This document shows positions 1 to 11,709 of a DNA stretch of 64,000 nucleotides, one piece after another. Origin of the DNA: Negaprion brevirostris (Eukaryota); the NCBI GenBank assembly GCA_030324005.1, contig JARDVH010000128.1, forward strand, positions 14,374,138-14,438,137. Direction: 5' to 3'. Position numbers and translations under genes: made by a program. Numbering within the stretch: position 1 is the stretch's first letter; every line of letters starts with the position of its first letter. The notes under the pieces are model-generated. The model did no database searches and had not been told where the DNA came from. It was given only the letters and a program-made list of their open reading frames with translations.

Positions 1-1090
1 TGCCCCTCCAATTTCTGCCTACCAAAATGCATCACTTCACACTTCTCCGCTTAGAACTTTACCTGTCACTTGTCTAAGTCCTTTTGAAGTTCTCTACTGT
101 TCTCTTCACAATTTACAATACTTTCAAATTTTGTATCTTCAGTAGACTTTGAAATTGTCCCCTGCACACCAAGATCTAGATCATTGCTATATATCACGAA
201 AAGTAAGAGTCCCAATACTGATTCCTAGAGAACATCACTGCAAGCCTTTCTCCAGCCCAAAAAAAACTATTGACTGTTATCCTCTGTTTCCTGGTTTTAA
301 ACCAATTTTGTTTCCACTTTGCAACTGTCCCTTTCATTACATGAACTATAGCTCTTCTCACAAGTTTGTTGTGTGGTACTGTATTGAATGCCTTTTGAAA
401 GTCTATATACACCATCGACAACATTACCCTCATCAACCCTTTCTGTTAACTCCTCAAAAATTCCAGCTAGTTAGTTAAACATGATTTCCTCTTTAAAAAC
501 CTATGCTGGCTCTTCCTCATCAGCCCACATTTTCCATGTGATTAGTAATTCTATCACAAATAACTGTTTCTCGAAGCTTGCCCATCACTGATATTAAACT
601 GACCAATGAATAATTGCTGAGGCTATCCTTACAACTTTTTTTTGAACAAGGGGATATCATTTACAATTCCCAAGTTCTCTGGCCTGCAGAAGACTGGAAG
701 ATTGTTATGGCCAGTACGCCTGCAATTTTCATTCTCATTTCCTTCAATATCCTTGCATGCATCTCATCTAGTCCCGGTGCCTTGTCAACTTTAATTACCT
801 TTTGTCTATTCAACACTTCCTCTCCATCAATTTTGAACCATACAAGGGATAGAGTTTCTTCTTCTGTTGCTGTGACCTGAGTAGCATCTACTTCATGGTA
901 AAGATGGATGCAAAGTATTCTTTCAATACGTCAGCCATGCCCCAGCTTCCATATATAAAATCCCCTTTAGGTCCCTATTCCTATTTACCACCCTTTTGCT
1001 GTTCGTATGTTTGTGGAAAACTTTGGGATTCCCTTGTTTTATTGGCTATCAGTCTTTAATGATCTCTCTTCACTTCTCTGAAGTGCCTTT
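1..1090 (-). mobile_element. CR1/HER1-type LINE fragment (decayed reverse transcriptase region)
   Basis: Minus-strand ORF 194-436 reads VYIDFQKAFNTVPHNKL, matching the CR1 RT DFxKAFDxVPH motif. A KCEVMHF-like motif lies near 25-50. Many stops and frameshifts. Confidence 0.9.
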
Positions 1091-1770
1091 TCACATCCCC
1101 TTTGAGCCTTGTGGATTCCTGTGGGTATCATACAAATGCAGGCTGTTGTTGTTGTTGCTGCTGTGTACATTCTGTTTATGAAATTGATTAGTTGTGGGCA
1201 TATAAGTACCAGGTCGATGTGTGGTTTATCAGCCTATGGGTGTTGATTCACCCTGTGATATTGGTCCCTGGCATCTGTTCAATACATTAGCCAGGCAACC
1301 ATCCGTTCTTGAAGTGTGAATCTAATTAGCAAATGGCATCAAACCTTGCTTATGGCATCATAGCTGGGCCTAATTCAACTTTGTCTCAGCATCTGCATAG
1401 CTATATGCTCTATTGGTCACTGGAAAATGGTCAGTAGTGAGAATCATCTTTCAAAGTTCATTGGTACTGAGACCAAATGTAATAGCCGTTTTGGTGTCTG
1501 TGTAGATGTGAATCACATACATGTTCCAGCTCTACATCCATTGCAAGAATTACCTTTCCACAACACTTAGCTTCCTGCACAACCCACTCACTTTGCCTCA
1601 CCATTAGTAATTGTGCCTTGGTTTGGAATTCTCTTCATAAACCTCAGCTTTTCATTGCACCCCACAATTACAATGCTCCTTAAACCTTAACTCTTCTGAC
1701 AGCTTCCCGCAGTGCCTTTCTTGACATTCTCCAAATGGCCCATTGAGCACTGAGTGCTACTTCATTGAGA

Positions 1771-2060
1771 GTGGTGGTTAGCATTGCTGCCTCATAGTGC
1801 CACAGGCTTTGGTTCAATTCCCATTTCAGGTCACTGTCTGTGTGGAGTTTGCACATTCTCCTGTGTCTGCGTGGGTTTCCACTGGGTACTCCGGTTTCCT
1901 CCCACAGTTCAAAGATATGCAGATTAGGTTGATTGGCCATGCTAAATTACCCCCTTCAGTGTCCCAAAATGTGTGGGTTAGGGGGACCCACAGGGTGGAT
2001 ATGTGGGGTTATGGGCTGGATGGGATTGTTGTTGACGTGGCCTCGATGGGCCGAGTAAAC
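1771..2060 (+). mobile_element. HE1/V-SINE-type tRNA-derived SINE
   Basis: A-box-like gtggttagc, B-box-like ggttcaattcc, and the core gtcactgtctgtgtggagtttgcacattctc...gggtttcc shared with about 16 other copies in the window. Confidence 0.9.
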
Positions 2061-2364
2061 ACTGTGTCAGTCTCCACATGGATATTGATGACACCTAACA
2101 TCACATCTCCACCAATTCCACTCCACTATTGCCAAAATTATCAGACTGTGTATCCAACATCCAGAATTGAATGAGCAAAAATTTCCTCCAGTTAAATATT
2201 GAGAAGACTGAGCCTACTGTCTTTGAGCTCCATGACCAGTTTCATTCCCTGTCCCTTTTCCTGGCAACTGCCTGAGGCTGACCCAGACTGTTCACAGATC
2301 TGGTGATGTATTTGATTGAGATGAACTTCTGACCATATATCTATGCAATCATTAAGATCGCCTA

Positions 2365-2631
2365 TGTTATGATGGCTATGGAGGATCGTCAGTAGATATC
2401 CTCGTGGACCTCATGGAATATGAGCTCCCCTATTAGGCAAGTGGAGGCTCGTCCACTGGGGAAGGAGTGGAAGGGTTGGGGGGGGCAGGGGGAGGCTTAA
2501 AACTAGCTGGGTCCACTCACGCTGGCAGTCATAATACCTGGGGCTGACTTGCATTCTGTCGTCATTGAATGGCATTTGCACAAATAAAGGGTGATTGGTG
2601 ATGGAAGACTAGCCTTGGTAAGATTATTACA
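2365..2631 (+). mobile_element. Probable solo LTR (Gypsy-like) inserted in L2
   Basis: Starts TGTTAT and ends ATTACA (imperfect terminal inverted repeat), with AATAAA at 2583. The downstream target-site duplication is hidden by an N-gap. Confidence 0.6.
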
Positions 2632-3464
2632 GNNNNNNNNNNTTTCACCCCTGTATCAGCTCATCTGCTGCTGAAATCTTCTTCCATGTCATTGTTATCT
2701 TTGGACCTGATTGTTCCAATGCACTTCTGGCCCACCCTCCCACTTTCTTCCATCTGTCAATCAGAGGTCATAGAAAACTCTGTTACCATGTCTTTTCCAG
2801 CGCTGGATGCTGTTCACCTGACACTTCTGAGCTTACTCACTGACATTGGCCCCTCGTTAAGCATCACCTTGAATTTAAAATTCTCAACTTTGTTTTTAAA
2901 TTCCTCCNNNNNNNNNNNNNNNNNNNNNNNNNNNNNNNNNNNNNNNNNNNNNNNNNNNNNNNNNNNNNNNNNNNNNNNNNNNNNNNNNNNNNNNNNNNNN
3001 NNNNNNNGCATCACCTTGAATTTAAAATTCTCAACTTTGTTTTTAAATTCCTCCGTGGCCTCACTAATTGCTACATGTTTAAAAAGGGTTGTGTGGTTGC
3101 TTTAAGAGCTGATCACATGATTTGCTGGTTATGTTATTAGGGTGTGTTGTTAGGGTGCCGTTTTATTTTCAGTTTTGTATTGGATGCAGTGTAAAGAACA
3201 GTTCTTCAATAAAACCTGTTGGGTAGGATTTTCCAGCTGTGCTCGCCTAAAACTGGAAAATCTTGCTTGAGGTCAGTGGACCTTTGCATGGTCGGCCCTG
3301 CCGGCTACGAATCCTGTGGGAGGCAGGACGGGAATGTTCCCCCCTTAATTGTTAGTTAAATCTACATTTGCAAACCTAGTCTTTTCCTTCTGTTAAAATC
3401 CATTCCTGTAACATAGGACATTACACCACATATCCATAATCTCCTCCAGCTTCATGATCCTTAG

Positions 3465-3700
3465 TTGAGGAGAATCTTTTTCTGTCACAGGATTAAGAGT
3501 CATTGGAACTCTTTTTCTCAAAAGGCAGTGGAAGCTGAGTCTTTGAATATTTTTAAGGCTGAGCTCGATAGATTCTTGATTAACAAGAAGATGAAAGGTT
3601 ATCGGCTGGTAGGCAGGAATGTGGGATTGAAATTACATTTTGAAAAGCAGAGCAGGCTTGAAGGGCTGAGTGGCCTATTCCTACCCCTAATTCATATATA
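3465..3700 (+). mobile_element. CR1 LINE 3' end
   Basis: RRIFF..WNS...AVEAESLNIFKAELDRFL (CR1 ORF2 C-terminus) followed by the ggcttgaagggctgagtggcctattcct tail. Confidence 0.85.
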
Positions 3701-4699
3701 AGCTAGTCTAATTCTGGCCTCTTTAGCATTCCCTGTTTCAATTGCCCCATTGTTGCTGGCTGAGCTTTCAGTTCGTGGGGCCCTAAGCTCAGAAATGCAT
3801 TCCCCACACCTTTGTCTCTCTATCTTGGTCTCCCCCTTTAGCTTGCTCCTTTAAACCTACCTCTTTATCCAAACTTTTGGTTATTTGTCCAAATATCTCA
3901 TGTGGCTCAGTGTCACACTCAGTTTTATAATGCTGCTGTGAAGCACCCAGGGATGTTTCGCTATGTTAAAGGTGCTATATGAATGCAAGTTGTCGCTGAA
4001 TAATATGGGATAGAGAAACAATGGAACTGGAAGGAGAGTGAGTGTTTAATTGCCAGGAATATCCTCCAAGCTTGATTTGGACTGGATTCCAAACTCTGGT
4101 TGCTGTGGTGCTTATTTACTAGGTTAAAAGAGTTATTGATCTGCCCTTGTGTTGTGCAGATAGAATGAAGGAATGTGGTGCTCTTAACAAAAATTTGCAA
4201 TGAGGACCTATTTTGAAACTTCATTTGAAATATTACAGCCTGATAACAGAAAGCTGGAGGATGGCAGAAGGTCATCAAGATAATCTTGCGTTCATATTGA
4301 TCGTCATCGTGTTGCATTCTTCTGCGTGCTTTTCTATAATGTGCCGTCTTCCTTCTTGGTGACAGCTTTGGCAGTATGTATCCTGAATTCCTCTGAGATC
4401 ACCTCGAGAGATATCCCTGTAACCCTNNNNNNNNNNAGGCTGAGATTGGATCAGGTTTTTTCCCCTGACTACTGATGCCTTCTTTAGTCTGTTGCATTGT
4501 AATTCTAATCAGAATCTGCCTGCACTTCAAAGGCCCATGACAGGCTGCATAGCTCCAGGCCCAGGCGATCTGATTGTGTATCTTCCTGTCAGTAGTATTG
4601 CCGTGATCCAGGTGTCTTTGTTGTTGTGGGCCACTGGCTCCTTTTTATTATTTGTGGTGATGAAGAAATTTAATCATTTTTTTATGAACCCTGGCACAG

Positions 4700-4755
4700 C
4701 TCAGTGGGTTGGAAATGTTATCCTGCACTTGTTTTGAAATTCAAATGCAGGAAAG
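4700..4755 (+). CDS. Weak candidate internal exon (56 nt)
   Basis: cacAG acceptor with a poor pyrimidine tract and a strong donor AAG|gtaaga. Two frames are open (LSGLEMLSCTCFEIQMQE.. or SVGWKCYPALVLKFKCRK). Confidence 0.15.
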
Positions 4756-5287
4756 GTAAGAACAGTGCCTTCTTTTTCATTACACGCTTCCTTATAATGT
4801 ATCCCAGCACCCGATCAGTTACGGGCGCGTACAGAGACTTGTTAACTTCACNNNNNNNNNNNNNNNNNNNNNNNNNNNNNNNNNNNNNNNNNNNNNNNNN
4901 NNNNNNNNNNNNNNNNNNNNNNNNNNNNNNNNNNNNNNNNNNNNNNNNNNNCTTCACATCGGATGATCCTTGAACTCAAAAGGTAGAATTATCAGGAAAA
5001 ACTGAAGAGGCTAGAGCTCTCTTTTGAAAAAGGAAGACTTAAGTTGAGACCCACTCAAAATATTTAAAGTTATGAAGAAGATGCTTCCACTTGTTGGGAG
5101 TCCAGAACGAAGGGTTAATAAATATTGATTCTCCAATAGATAGAGAAAGCTAAATAAATACATGTGGGAGAAAAGAACAGAAGGATATCTCAATGGGATT
5201 AGATGGAGCAGAACAGGTGGAGGTTTGGCCTAAATCGCCAGTTTCTGTACAGTAAATTCTATCTGATGTCATTTAACTTGGCAGCAC

Positions 5288-6640
5288 TGTTGTATGTTGC
5301 ATATTCAGTAGATCTCACGAAGAGGTTCTGAATGTAGTTGAATATTAACAAGCTATAAGTAACGTATGTATATATAGAGTGTAGCCTGAGCTATGAGCTA
5401 ACTCTATGCTTGCTTCTACACAGGTCTCTGTCTAGCCCAAAACTGTCTCTAGTCTTGGGTCATGTGTCTCTTTACATCACAATGTGGGTGGTACTGTTTT
5501 CCAGTTGCACTTTAACCTTTGCTCTGTCCGATACCCTTGTACCACACCCCAAAATCTTTACCAAACTTATTTACATTACCGCCGCCCTTCTCCCCCGCCG
5601 CCCTTCTCCCCCGCCGCCCTTCTCCCCCGCCGCCCTTCTCCCCCACCTCTCCAGACTAACTGGCAGCTAGACAACTTTTTCGGATCTTGTTCTGGCCCTG
5701 TTTGGTGGAGTTGTAGGGGTTTGCTGATATGGACAATCTTTGTTGATTCAAAGCTTTAGTTGCATTCTGGTTCTGGCACTCAATTGTCTTCTAGTTCAAT
5801 CAAATGTATAGTTGGAGGTTTGCCTCAAACAATGTGGACGAGGCTTTTCCTATTCCTTCTGATCACATCTTCTGGAATATGGATGAGGGATGACCTTGGC
5901 AAATCATTGTTTTTTCAGACAATGATGCCCTGTCTTTCAAGTTCCCTGATGTACACCTTGTCCCCTTTGTGTAACTGTGACAGGTCTCTAATGCGGTACC
6001 TTCTAATGTAGGCAAAGGTCTGCCACTGCCTGTAAGACAGTTCTTAGTCCTAAATGCTTTGGTAGCCCATAATTGCCAAACCTGGCATTAGTTTATTTGG
6101 CAGCATTGAGAGTTGGATGCAGAATTTTCTGCCAGCAGGACTCTGATTAGGCTAATACACATTGCAAGTAGATGAAGCACTGTAGAACTGATGTTATTCT
6201 TTCTCATTAGAGCTTTAATAGTGCAGATGCCCTTTTCAGCCTCACCATTTGATTGGCAATTGGGGAGCTAGCGCTGTGCCCTAATTGATGGCAAATTGGG
6301 TAAAGTATTCATTTGTGAATTGTGGGTCATATTGACACTACCTGGTCTGAAATTTCACGCCTTGCAAACGTTCTCTTCATGGGCAGAACAACCACCTCTC
6401 TGGTTGTTCAGTATAACTGCTTCACCTTGCTCCATCAGGAATAATAGTCAACAACGGTGAAGAAGGACTTAACATGAAAAACAAATACATTGATTCCCAA
6501 CTGTTCCTATGGCCTGGTCACGAAATGGGAATGAGGATCTCTTTCTCACTTAGCTTGTGCAACACACACTCTTGGTAGTTTGCAATCAGTTCTTCAATGG
6601 CCTTTGTTATATCTGCCCACCATAGTGCAGATTGGGTTAA
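5288..6640 (-). mobile_element. Gypsy/Ty3 LTR retrotransposon relic: integrase fragment plus probable 3' LTR (~5288-5579)
   Basis: Minus-strand translation gives QSALWWADITKAIEELIANYQECVA (zinc-finger end), P*EQLGINVF, FTVVDYYS, KRTFARREISDQVVS..PQFTNEYF and QSNGEAEKG (DDE integrase core), with stops and frameshifts. A TG-bounded LTR-like segment lies at the left end. Confidence 0.85.
5579..5642. repeat. 16-bp tandem repeat, 4 exact copies (ccgccgcccttctccc)
   Basis: Direct reading: units start at 5579, 5595, 5611 and 5627. Confidence 0.95.
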
Positions 6641-6664
6641 TTATATAATTCGTCCCCACAGAAC

Positions 6665-6825
6665 CCCTCTCCTCATTGAAGATGCTCCTTAAAACCTATC
6701 TCTTTGACCAAGCCTTGTCTATAACATCCCTTATGTGACTTAGTGCCAAGTTGTTTCAAGTCACTCCTCTGATGTACCTTTAGCAATGTTAAAAATGCTA
6801 CATACATGCCAGTTGTTGTTGTAGC
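6665..6825 (+). mobile_element. L2-type 3' tail fragment
   Basis: ctccttaaaacctatctctttgaccaagc...gctacatacatgccagttgttgttgt, homologous to 3840-3995. Confidence 0.6.
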
Positions 6826-7040
6826 ACACTTTTAGTTGTGCTGTTACTCTAAACGTGTAATATACTGCTACTGTAGTCATATTTACAAAATTTTTGCGAA
6901 GAAATAATGGAAGATATGAGTTCCAAATTTCAATGCAATTCTGCAATCTGCTGCCTATGGATACTTTCTAGGTCATTTATTGTTAGATGTTTTCAAAACA
7001 GTGACTAGTTATGGAAGCAATCATTATTTGTGTCATACAG

Positions 7041-7094
7041 ATCAATGATATCAATAAAGGAGAATATTGCACCAAAAATGAAATCCAGACTCCT
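7041..7094 (+). CDS. Candidate internal exon (54 nt) of unidentified host gene
   Basis: Acceptor tcattatttgtgtcatacAG and donor CCT|gtaagt. Length is a multiple of 3. Frame 0 gives INDINKGEYCTKNEIQTP; frame 1 is also open. Confidence 0.35.
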
Positions 7095-7399
7095 GTAAGT
7101 AAACTCCAATACACTGGATGTAAAGTTTCCTAAAGGTCAATGGTAATATCATCTTAACGTTACACAAAACACATTATATTTTGGAAGACATTCCAAGAAC
7201 AATAAAGAATGGAATTTATAAACTTAATGTTCAAAAAGTACAAACAACATCTCCTGTGACGGGGAGTAAGATGAAGTGTGTAGTCTGAATTAACTACCCT
7301 GGCAAGTGTTTGAAACCTCTGCTGTGTCTTTTGCTGTCATCAGATCTCTTTAATTGAGCTACAGTCCTGCTCAAGGATATGTACTCTTCAACAACAAAC

Positions 7400-7540
7400 A
7401 AAAACAGAAAAACGCTGGATAAACTCAGCCACTCTGACAGCATCTGTGGGCAGAGAGGTTAGAGTTAATATTTTGAGTCCGTATAACTCCTCTTTGAGTT
7501 CTTTCAGATTCCAGCATCTGCAGTATTTTGCTTTTATTAT
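7400..7540. mobile_element. Penelope-like terminal repeat remnant (partly palindromic)
   Basis: aaaacagaaaaacgctgga...cagcatctgtgg...ttccagcatctgcagtattttgc; same family as 15020, 46130, 51095, 59190 and 61825. Confidence 0.65.
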
Positions 7541-7683
7541 ACTCTTCAAGATCTGCACCGATGTTTATTGCTATAGTTTTACTTCTGAAAGCGTTGAAAT
7601 TCTATGCCACAGACTCAATGTTTTAATCTATTTCCTGACTCAGTGTTTAATTGTAAACAGGATTCTTGTTTTTTTATTGACAG

Positions 7684-7749
7684 GGGCTGATTAAAATTCG
7701 TGGAGATCGCTGTTGGAAAGACCTGACCTGTATGAATTATCATTATGAG
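7684..7749 (+). CDS. Probable coding exon (66 nt, phase 0-0) of unidentified host gene: GLIKIRGDRCWKDLTCMNYHYE
   Basis: Long poly-T tract ttcttgtttttttattgacAG and donor GAG|gtatgt. Only one of three frames is open and it spans the exon exactly. Non-repetitive context. Confidence 0.65.
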
Positions 7750-8170
7750 GTATGTGCATTGCAGCAGTGTTGCATAAGATGTATCTGGCCTGTTTAGGAT
7801 ATCAGTTCAGAATAACTTTGATTAATCAGTGGTGATCATTAATACATTTTTTGTACGGTGTGTGTGTTACTCTCAAACAAGCTAAAAGCAGTTTGTTCCA
7901 CCCAAAATGTCAATGTGTGTGCTCACATTGTCAGTTGAAAAGAAATCAGAATTCAAAAGCAGAAAGTGTTGAAAATACACAGCGAGCCAGCAGTGCTTGA
8001 AAGAGACCACACATTCAGCAGCTGTGACAATGACAGCCTGCCTCATCGCTCTTGACCTTTCTGTTGTCCATGACATCATCTTCCAACATCTCTATCTGTC
8101 CACGTCAATGGTATTGCGCTCTGCAGGCTCAGTTTATTTGTGACTTCAACAGTAACTCCTTTTTACCCAC

Positions 8171-8770
8171 CGTTATGACCAGGTGAAGAGGGTTCGAATG
8201 GCTCCCCTCGTTGCCCTCTGATTTTTACCCTTTGAAAAGGGTATACTTGTCAATTCAGTGAGTGCCTAGCTGTTTACGCAGTGTGATCACAATAGAACAT
8301 GCTTTCTTCTGTTTAACAAAGAAAGGCTGTCATTCGGTAACTCAGCTGGCTTTAGTTGAATTTCATGGTCTTGATATTTCTGATGTAAAGGTAGAGACTA
8401 TGGAGTTGGTTGTTGTTTAGGAGACGGTAGTGATGGGTTAGATAGTTTTAAGAAATCTCTGTCTGCAGCAAGGCACCCTGGGTGACCATAGATAGTAAAA
8501 CACAGCTTGAAGCTACCAGGTAGGTTGGAAAAAAAAGGAACCAAGAGGGCCCCCATTTGGGTTTTCCTCCTAAGCTCGTTCAGCTGAGAAAATACGCTTA
8601 AAACATAGAGGTGTTTTTTGTCATATGACCTTCCTTTGCCAACCGTCAGGGAATTTTAAAAAAGCATTGTTCTCGTTTTACCTTTCTTTCTCCTCATTTA
8701 CCTATTACTCTTGGTGCCATTGTCTGGAACATTGGCATATGGATTTTGCTCCCAGACAGACCTGGTGACA
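8171..8770. mobile_element. Possible solo LTR or TIR-bounded repeat
   Basis: Left end (c)gttatgaccaggt and right end acctggtgaca are imperfect inverted termini of the TG...CA type. No coding motifs. Confidence 0.35.
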
Positions 8771-8889
8771 CTGTGCTTTATTTCTCTGCTTCCTCCATTG
8801 ATTCAAATGCTTCAATTACTTTATTGACATCAAAGTTTGGATAGGTTTAATATCGCACTAAGTGACAATATGCTTTTCAACTCCTACTC

Positions 8890-9500
8890 AAGTCTACATT
8901 TGGGGATTTGAGTATAGGAATAGGGATGTTTTGCTGCAATTGTGTAGTGTGTTGGTGAGACCACATCTGGAGTATTGTGTGCAGTTTTGGTGTCCATATC
9001 TGAGGAAGGATGTCCTTGCTATAGAGGGAGTACAGCAAGTTCACTGATTCCTGGGATGGCAGGTCTGTCGTATGCGGAGAGATTAAATTGCTTAGTATAT
9101 ATCCACTGGAGTTTAGATGAGTGAGAAGGGATCTCATAGAAACTTATAAAATTCTAACAGGGTTAGAAAAGGTGGATTCAGAAGAATGTTCCCAATGGTG
9201 GGGGAGTCCAGAATTAGGGGTCATAGTTTGAGGATAACAGGTAAACCTTTTAGAACTGAGATGAGGAGAAATTTCCTCACCCAGAGGGTGGTGAGTGTGT
9301 GGAATTCACTACCACAGAATGTAGGTGAGGCAAAAATGTTGTCTGATTTCGAGAATAAATTAGATATAGCTCTTGGAGATCAAGAGATATGGGGAATCAG
9401 GAGATTGAACTTGATGATCAGCCATGATCAAGGTGAATGGCGGAGTAGGCTTGAAAGGCTGCATGGTCTACTCCTGTTTCTATTTTCTATGTTTCTATTT
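8890..9500 (+). mobile_element. CR1 LINE 3' fragment
   Basis: [33 protein letters not shown] and RTEMRRNFLTQRVVSVWNSLP, followed by the CR1 tail. Confidence 0.93.
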
Positions 9501-9689
9501 GAATATTCTTTATGCTAGCTACTTTCCTACCTGTGACCACAGACTGAGTCCAGAGATGTGGAGCCTTGTTGTATCCGGGCCCCGAGTTCGGCTTCCTTTC
9601 CCATCTCCATTCCATAACCAAGTTTGCCTTTATTCACCACTACAACGTTGCTTGCTTCTGTCAGACCTCCTCTTCACAACCAAAATTGC

Positions 9690-10072
9690 AGGCTGGGATT
9701 TTCTCATTTTTTAACTGAGTGTCACGTCAGTCTGCTGGCTCCACTAATTGGGTTCCCTCCAGATTTTTTTGTAACTCAAGTTAAACCAATTGTGGAGGTA
9801 GGTACCATGGGTCACCTGCGCCCAGGAACCTCAGCCTTGTCGAGATAAGAATGCCCTGATCAATAAGAAAAAAGATCCCCCGTCACCCACAGCCCCTCGC
9901 AGACATAGGAGCTTCAGATGGGGAGGTTTATGAAGGGGGCTTCAGACGGGGAGGTTTATGAAGGGAGGCTTAAGAGGGGGACTTCAGGCAGGGAAGTTTA
10001 TGAAGGGAGCTTCAGATAGGGAGGTTTATGAGGCGTGGGGGGGCAGGGCAATATGAACGGAAAATTCCGCTG
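9690..10072. mobile_element. MITE-like element (GGxGGGATTTTC-type termini) carrying an internal minisatellite
   Basis: ggctgggattttc at the left end and ggaaaattccgc at the right. Similar termini occur at ~3220, 35452, 42055 and 61438. Confidence 0.45.
9908..10033. repeat. ~28-29 bp G-rich minisatellite, about 4 copies (ggagcttcagatggggaggtttatgaag)
   Basis: cttcag..gggaggtttatgaag recurs four times. Confidence 0.85.
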
Positions 10073-10632
10073 ACATGAATGTCGTTTGGAGACTCCATTT
10101 GGATATCTGCCCTCACTGCCTTTCCCACCCTCCATAAATGGGGACACAGTATCCTGGCCATAGTTTGTGTCTTTATCAATAACTAACCTTCTTTTGACCT
10201 GCACTCAACACGCTGATATCTTTTTCAGATGCTGATGGACCTGATGTACGTCCAGTATTCTTTGTTTTGACTTGTGTTTCATATAACTGGCAGAATTACA
10301 TTCCGATCAAGGAGTCGGATAGTGCTGGTAATGGAAGGTTATTTAAAGCTTAGCGTACTGCCAGGGGAGTGAATCGTTATGAGTGTAGGTGATGAGTTTT
10401 GTGCAACGTATTCATTATCAGTTTTTAAAAAATCATGAATTGAAGGCCCCAGTGTCGCAAGTCTGACTTTAAGCCAAAAAAACCAGGAAAGTGAAATATT
10501 TTGCTTTCTGTTTAAAAATACTTCTGCTATTTTCCATCCCTTTTCTCATTTTAATACTGTGATACTCAGTACCTCAGACATTTTCTACAGAGCTAGCTGA
10601 AAAGTTATTTAATTCTGTGCAAATGTTTACAG

Positions 10633-10679
10633 TGTAGCAATCATTAAACACAACAGACAATAAACTGTGAAGTCTTTAC
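10633..10679 (+). CDS. Candidate stop-containing cassette exon (47 nt; CSNH* in frame 0)
   Basis: Acceptor aatgtttacAG and donor TAC|gtaagg. Stops in all three frames. Confidence 0.2.
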
Positions 10680-10830
10680 GTAAGGGTAATATGCTATAGC
10701 TCAACGCGAAGGTCTCAACTTGTTTCTCATTCTGCTTTCTTCTGTTCTTTTGAAGTCTGATTTCAATTGTAAATGGTACTAGATCGGTAACAGCTCTCTG
10801 TTTGTATTCTGGCTCCACTTTTTATCGCAG

Positions 10831-10944
10831 TTAGATTATAAGGAGACAAAGCTGCAATCAGTCTTACGGAAAATTCACTATTTTTTGGACATTCATGCAC
10901 TAGCCTGTTGCAGACACTTATTAACTCTAATAAGAGACAATTAA
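10831..10944 (+). CDS. Candidate alternative terminal exon (LDYKETKLQSVLRKIHYFLDIHALACCRHLLTLIRDN*)
   Basis: Acceptor ctccactttttatcgcAG, then 37 open codons in the frame that continues exon 7684-7749. Confidence 0.3.
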   Translation, partial: LDYKETKLQSVLRKIHYFLDIHALACCRHLLTLIRDN

Positions 10945-11024
10945 TTTTTTTTTGCATGCAAACCGTTGGACTGGCTTTTGACAGATAAGAGTACTCTACT
11001 CCAATTGCACCATATCAAGATTTA

Positions 11025-11260
11025 CCATTTGGGCTGATGACACCAAGATTGGTGGAACGGCAAATTGCGCGGAGGGTGTGGAGAGTCTGCAGAAGGATCT
11101 AGATAGGCTNNNNNNNNNNNNNNNNNNNNNNNNNNNNNNNNNNNNNNNNNNNNNNNNNNNNNNNNNNNNNNNNNNNNNNNNNNNNNNNNNNNNNNNNNNN
11201 NNNNNNNNNCTCGAAGGGCTGGATGGCCTACTCCTGCTCCTATTTCTTATGTTCTTATGA
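11025..11260 (+). mobile_element. CR1 LINE fragment spanning an N-gap
   Basis: ADDTKIGG..LQKDLDR motif before the gap and CR1 tail ctcgaagggctggatggcctactcctgctcc after it. Confidence 0.85.
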
Positions 11261-11644
11261 CACCCTTTTCAAGCTGCTTCTGAATTGGGGAAAGTATAAT
11301 TTTGCATCATTGGTACTTGGATAGCTTCATGGATCTCTGATCATAATTAGAGATGCTTTTAAGATTGGAAACTAGCCAGTAGGGTAGTCAACCCAGTTAA
11401 ACTTGGAAGAAGGTGAATTTCTAATTTAGGCTAGGACAGTTGTTTCAAACTCTGATATTTATCACAAATTTCATGGGTTTATGATTCACCCAAACTGTTT
11501 GTTTCCAACTCCTATGTAGCTGAAGAAAATGTGAATGATGTGTCAGGGTTTTGCACATAGATCAGTTACACATTCATTTGGACTTGAGATCACAGGACAG
11601 TTTGATTGTCTCTGACTTGTCATCGCTGACTGTACCCTTTCCAG

Positions 11645-11709
11645 TAGTAAAGCGGCAATGAAAAGATTGTCTGTTATTTCCAAAGGAAGTTGTCTGCATG
11701 ATATAGTTT
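11645..11709 (+). CDS. Candidate 65-nt cassette exon (immediate stop in frame 0)
   Basis: Branch-like ctgac, tract tgtaccctttccAG (NAGNAG cagtag) and donor TTT|gtaagt. Confidence 0.3.

Larger units (their letters stand above)
2060..4000 (+). mobile_element. L2-clade LINE 3' fragment, interrupted by younger insertions (2365-2631, ~3220-3345, 3465-3700)
   Basis: 2655-2730 resembles the L2 RT C-terminal SSAAE-LIHAFVTSRLDYSNALL block. L2-type tail aaggtgctatatgaatgcaagttg at ~3968-3992. Confidence 0.7.

Noticed and set aside
1771-1830. tRNA-like A/B boxes here and at the head of each HE1 copy
   Set aside because: They run directly into SINE bodies and I could not see a complete cloverleaf, so they are not tRNA genes.
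2860-3054. Exact direct repeat flanking a 100-N gap (also at 30325/30441 and 32954/33073)
   Set aside because: Identical sequence on both sides of a placeholder gap indicates unmerged contig overlap, not a biological duplication.
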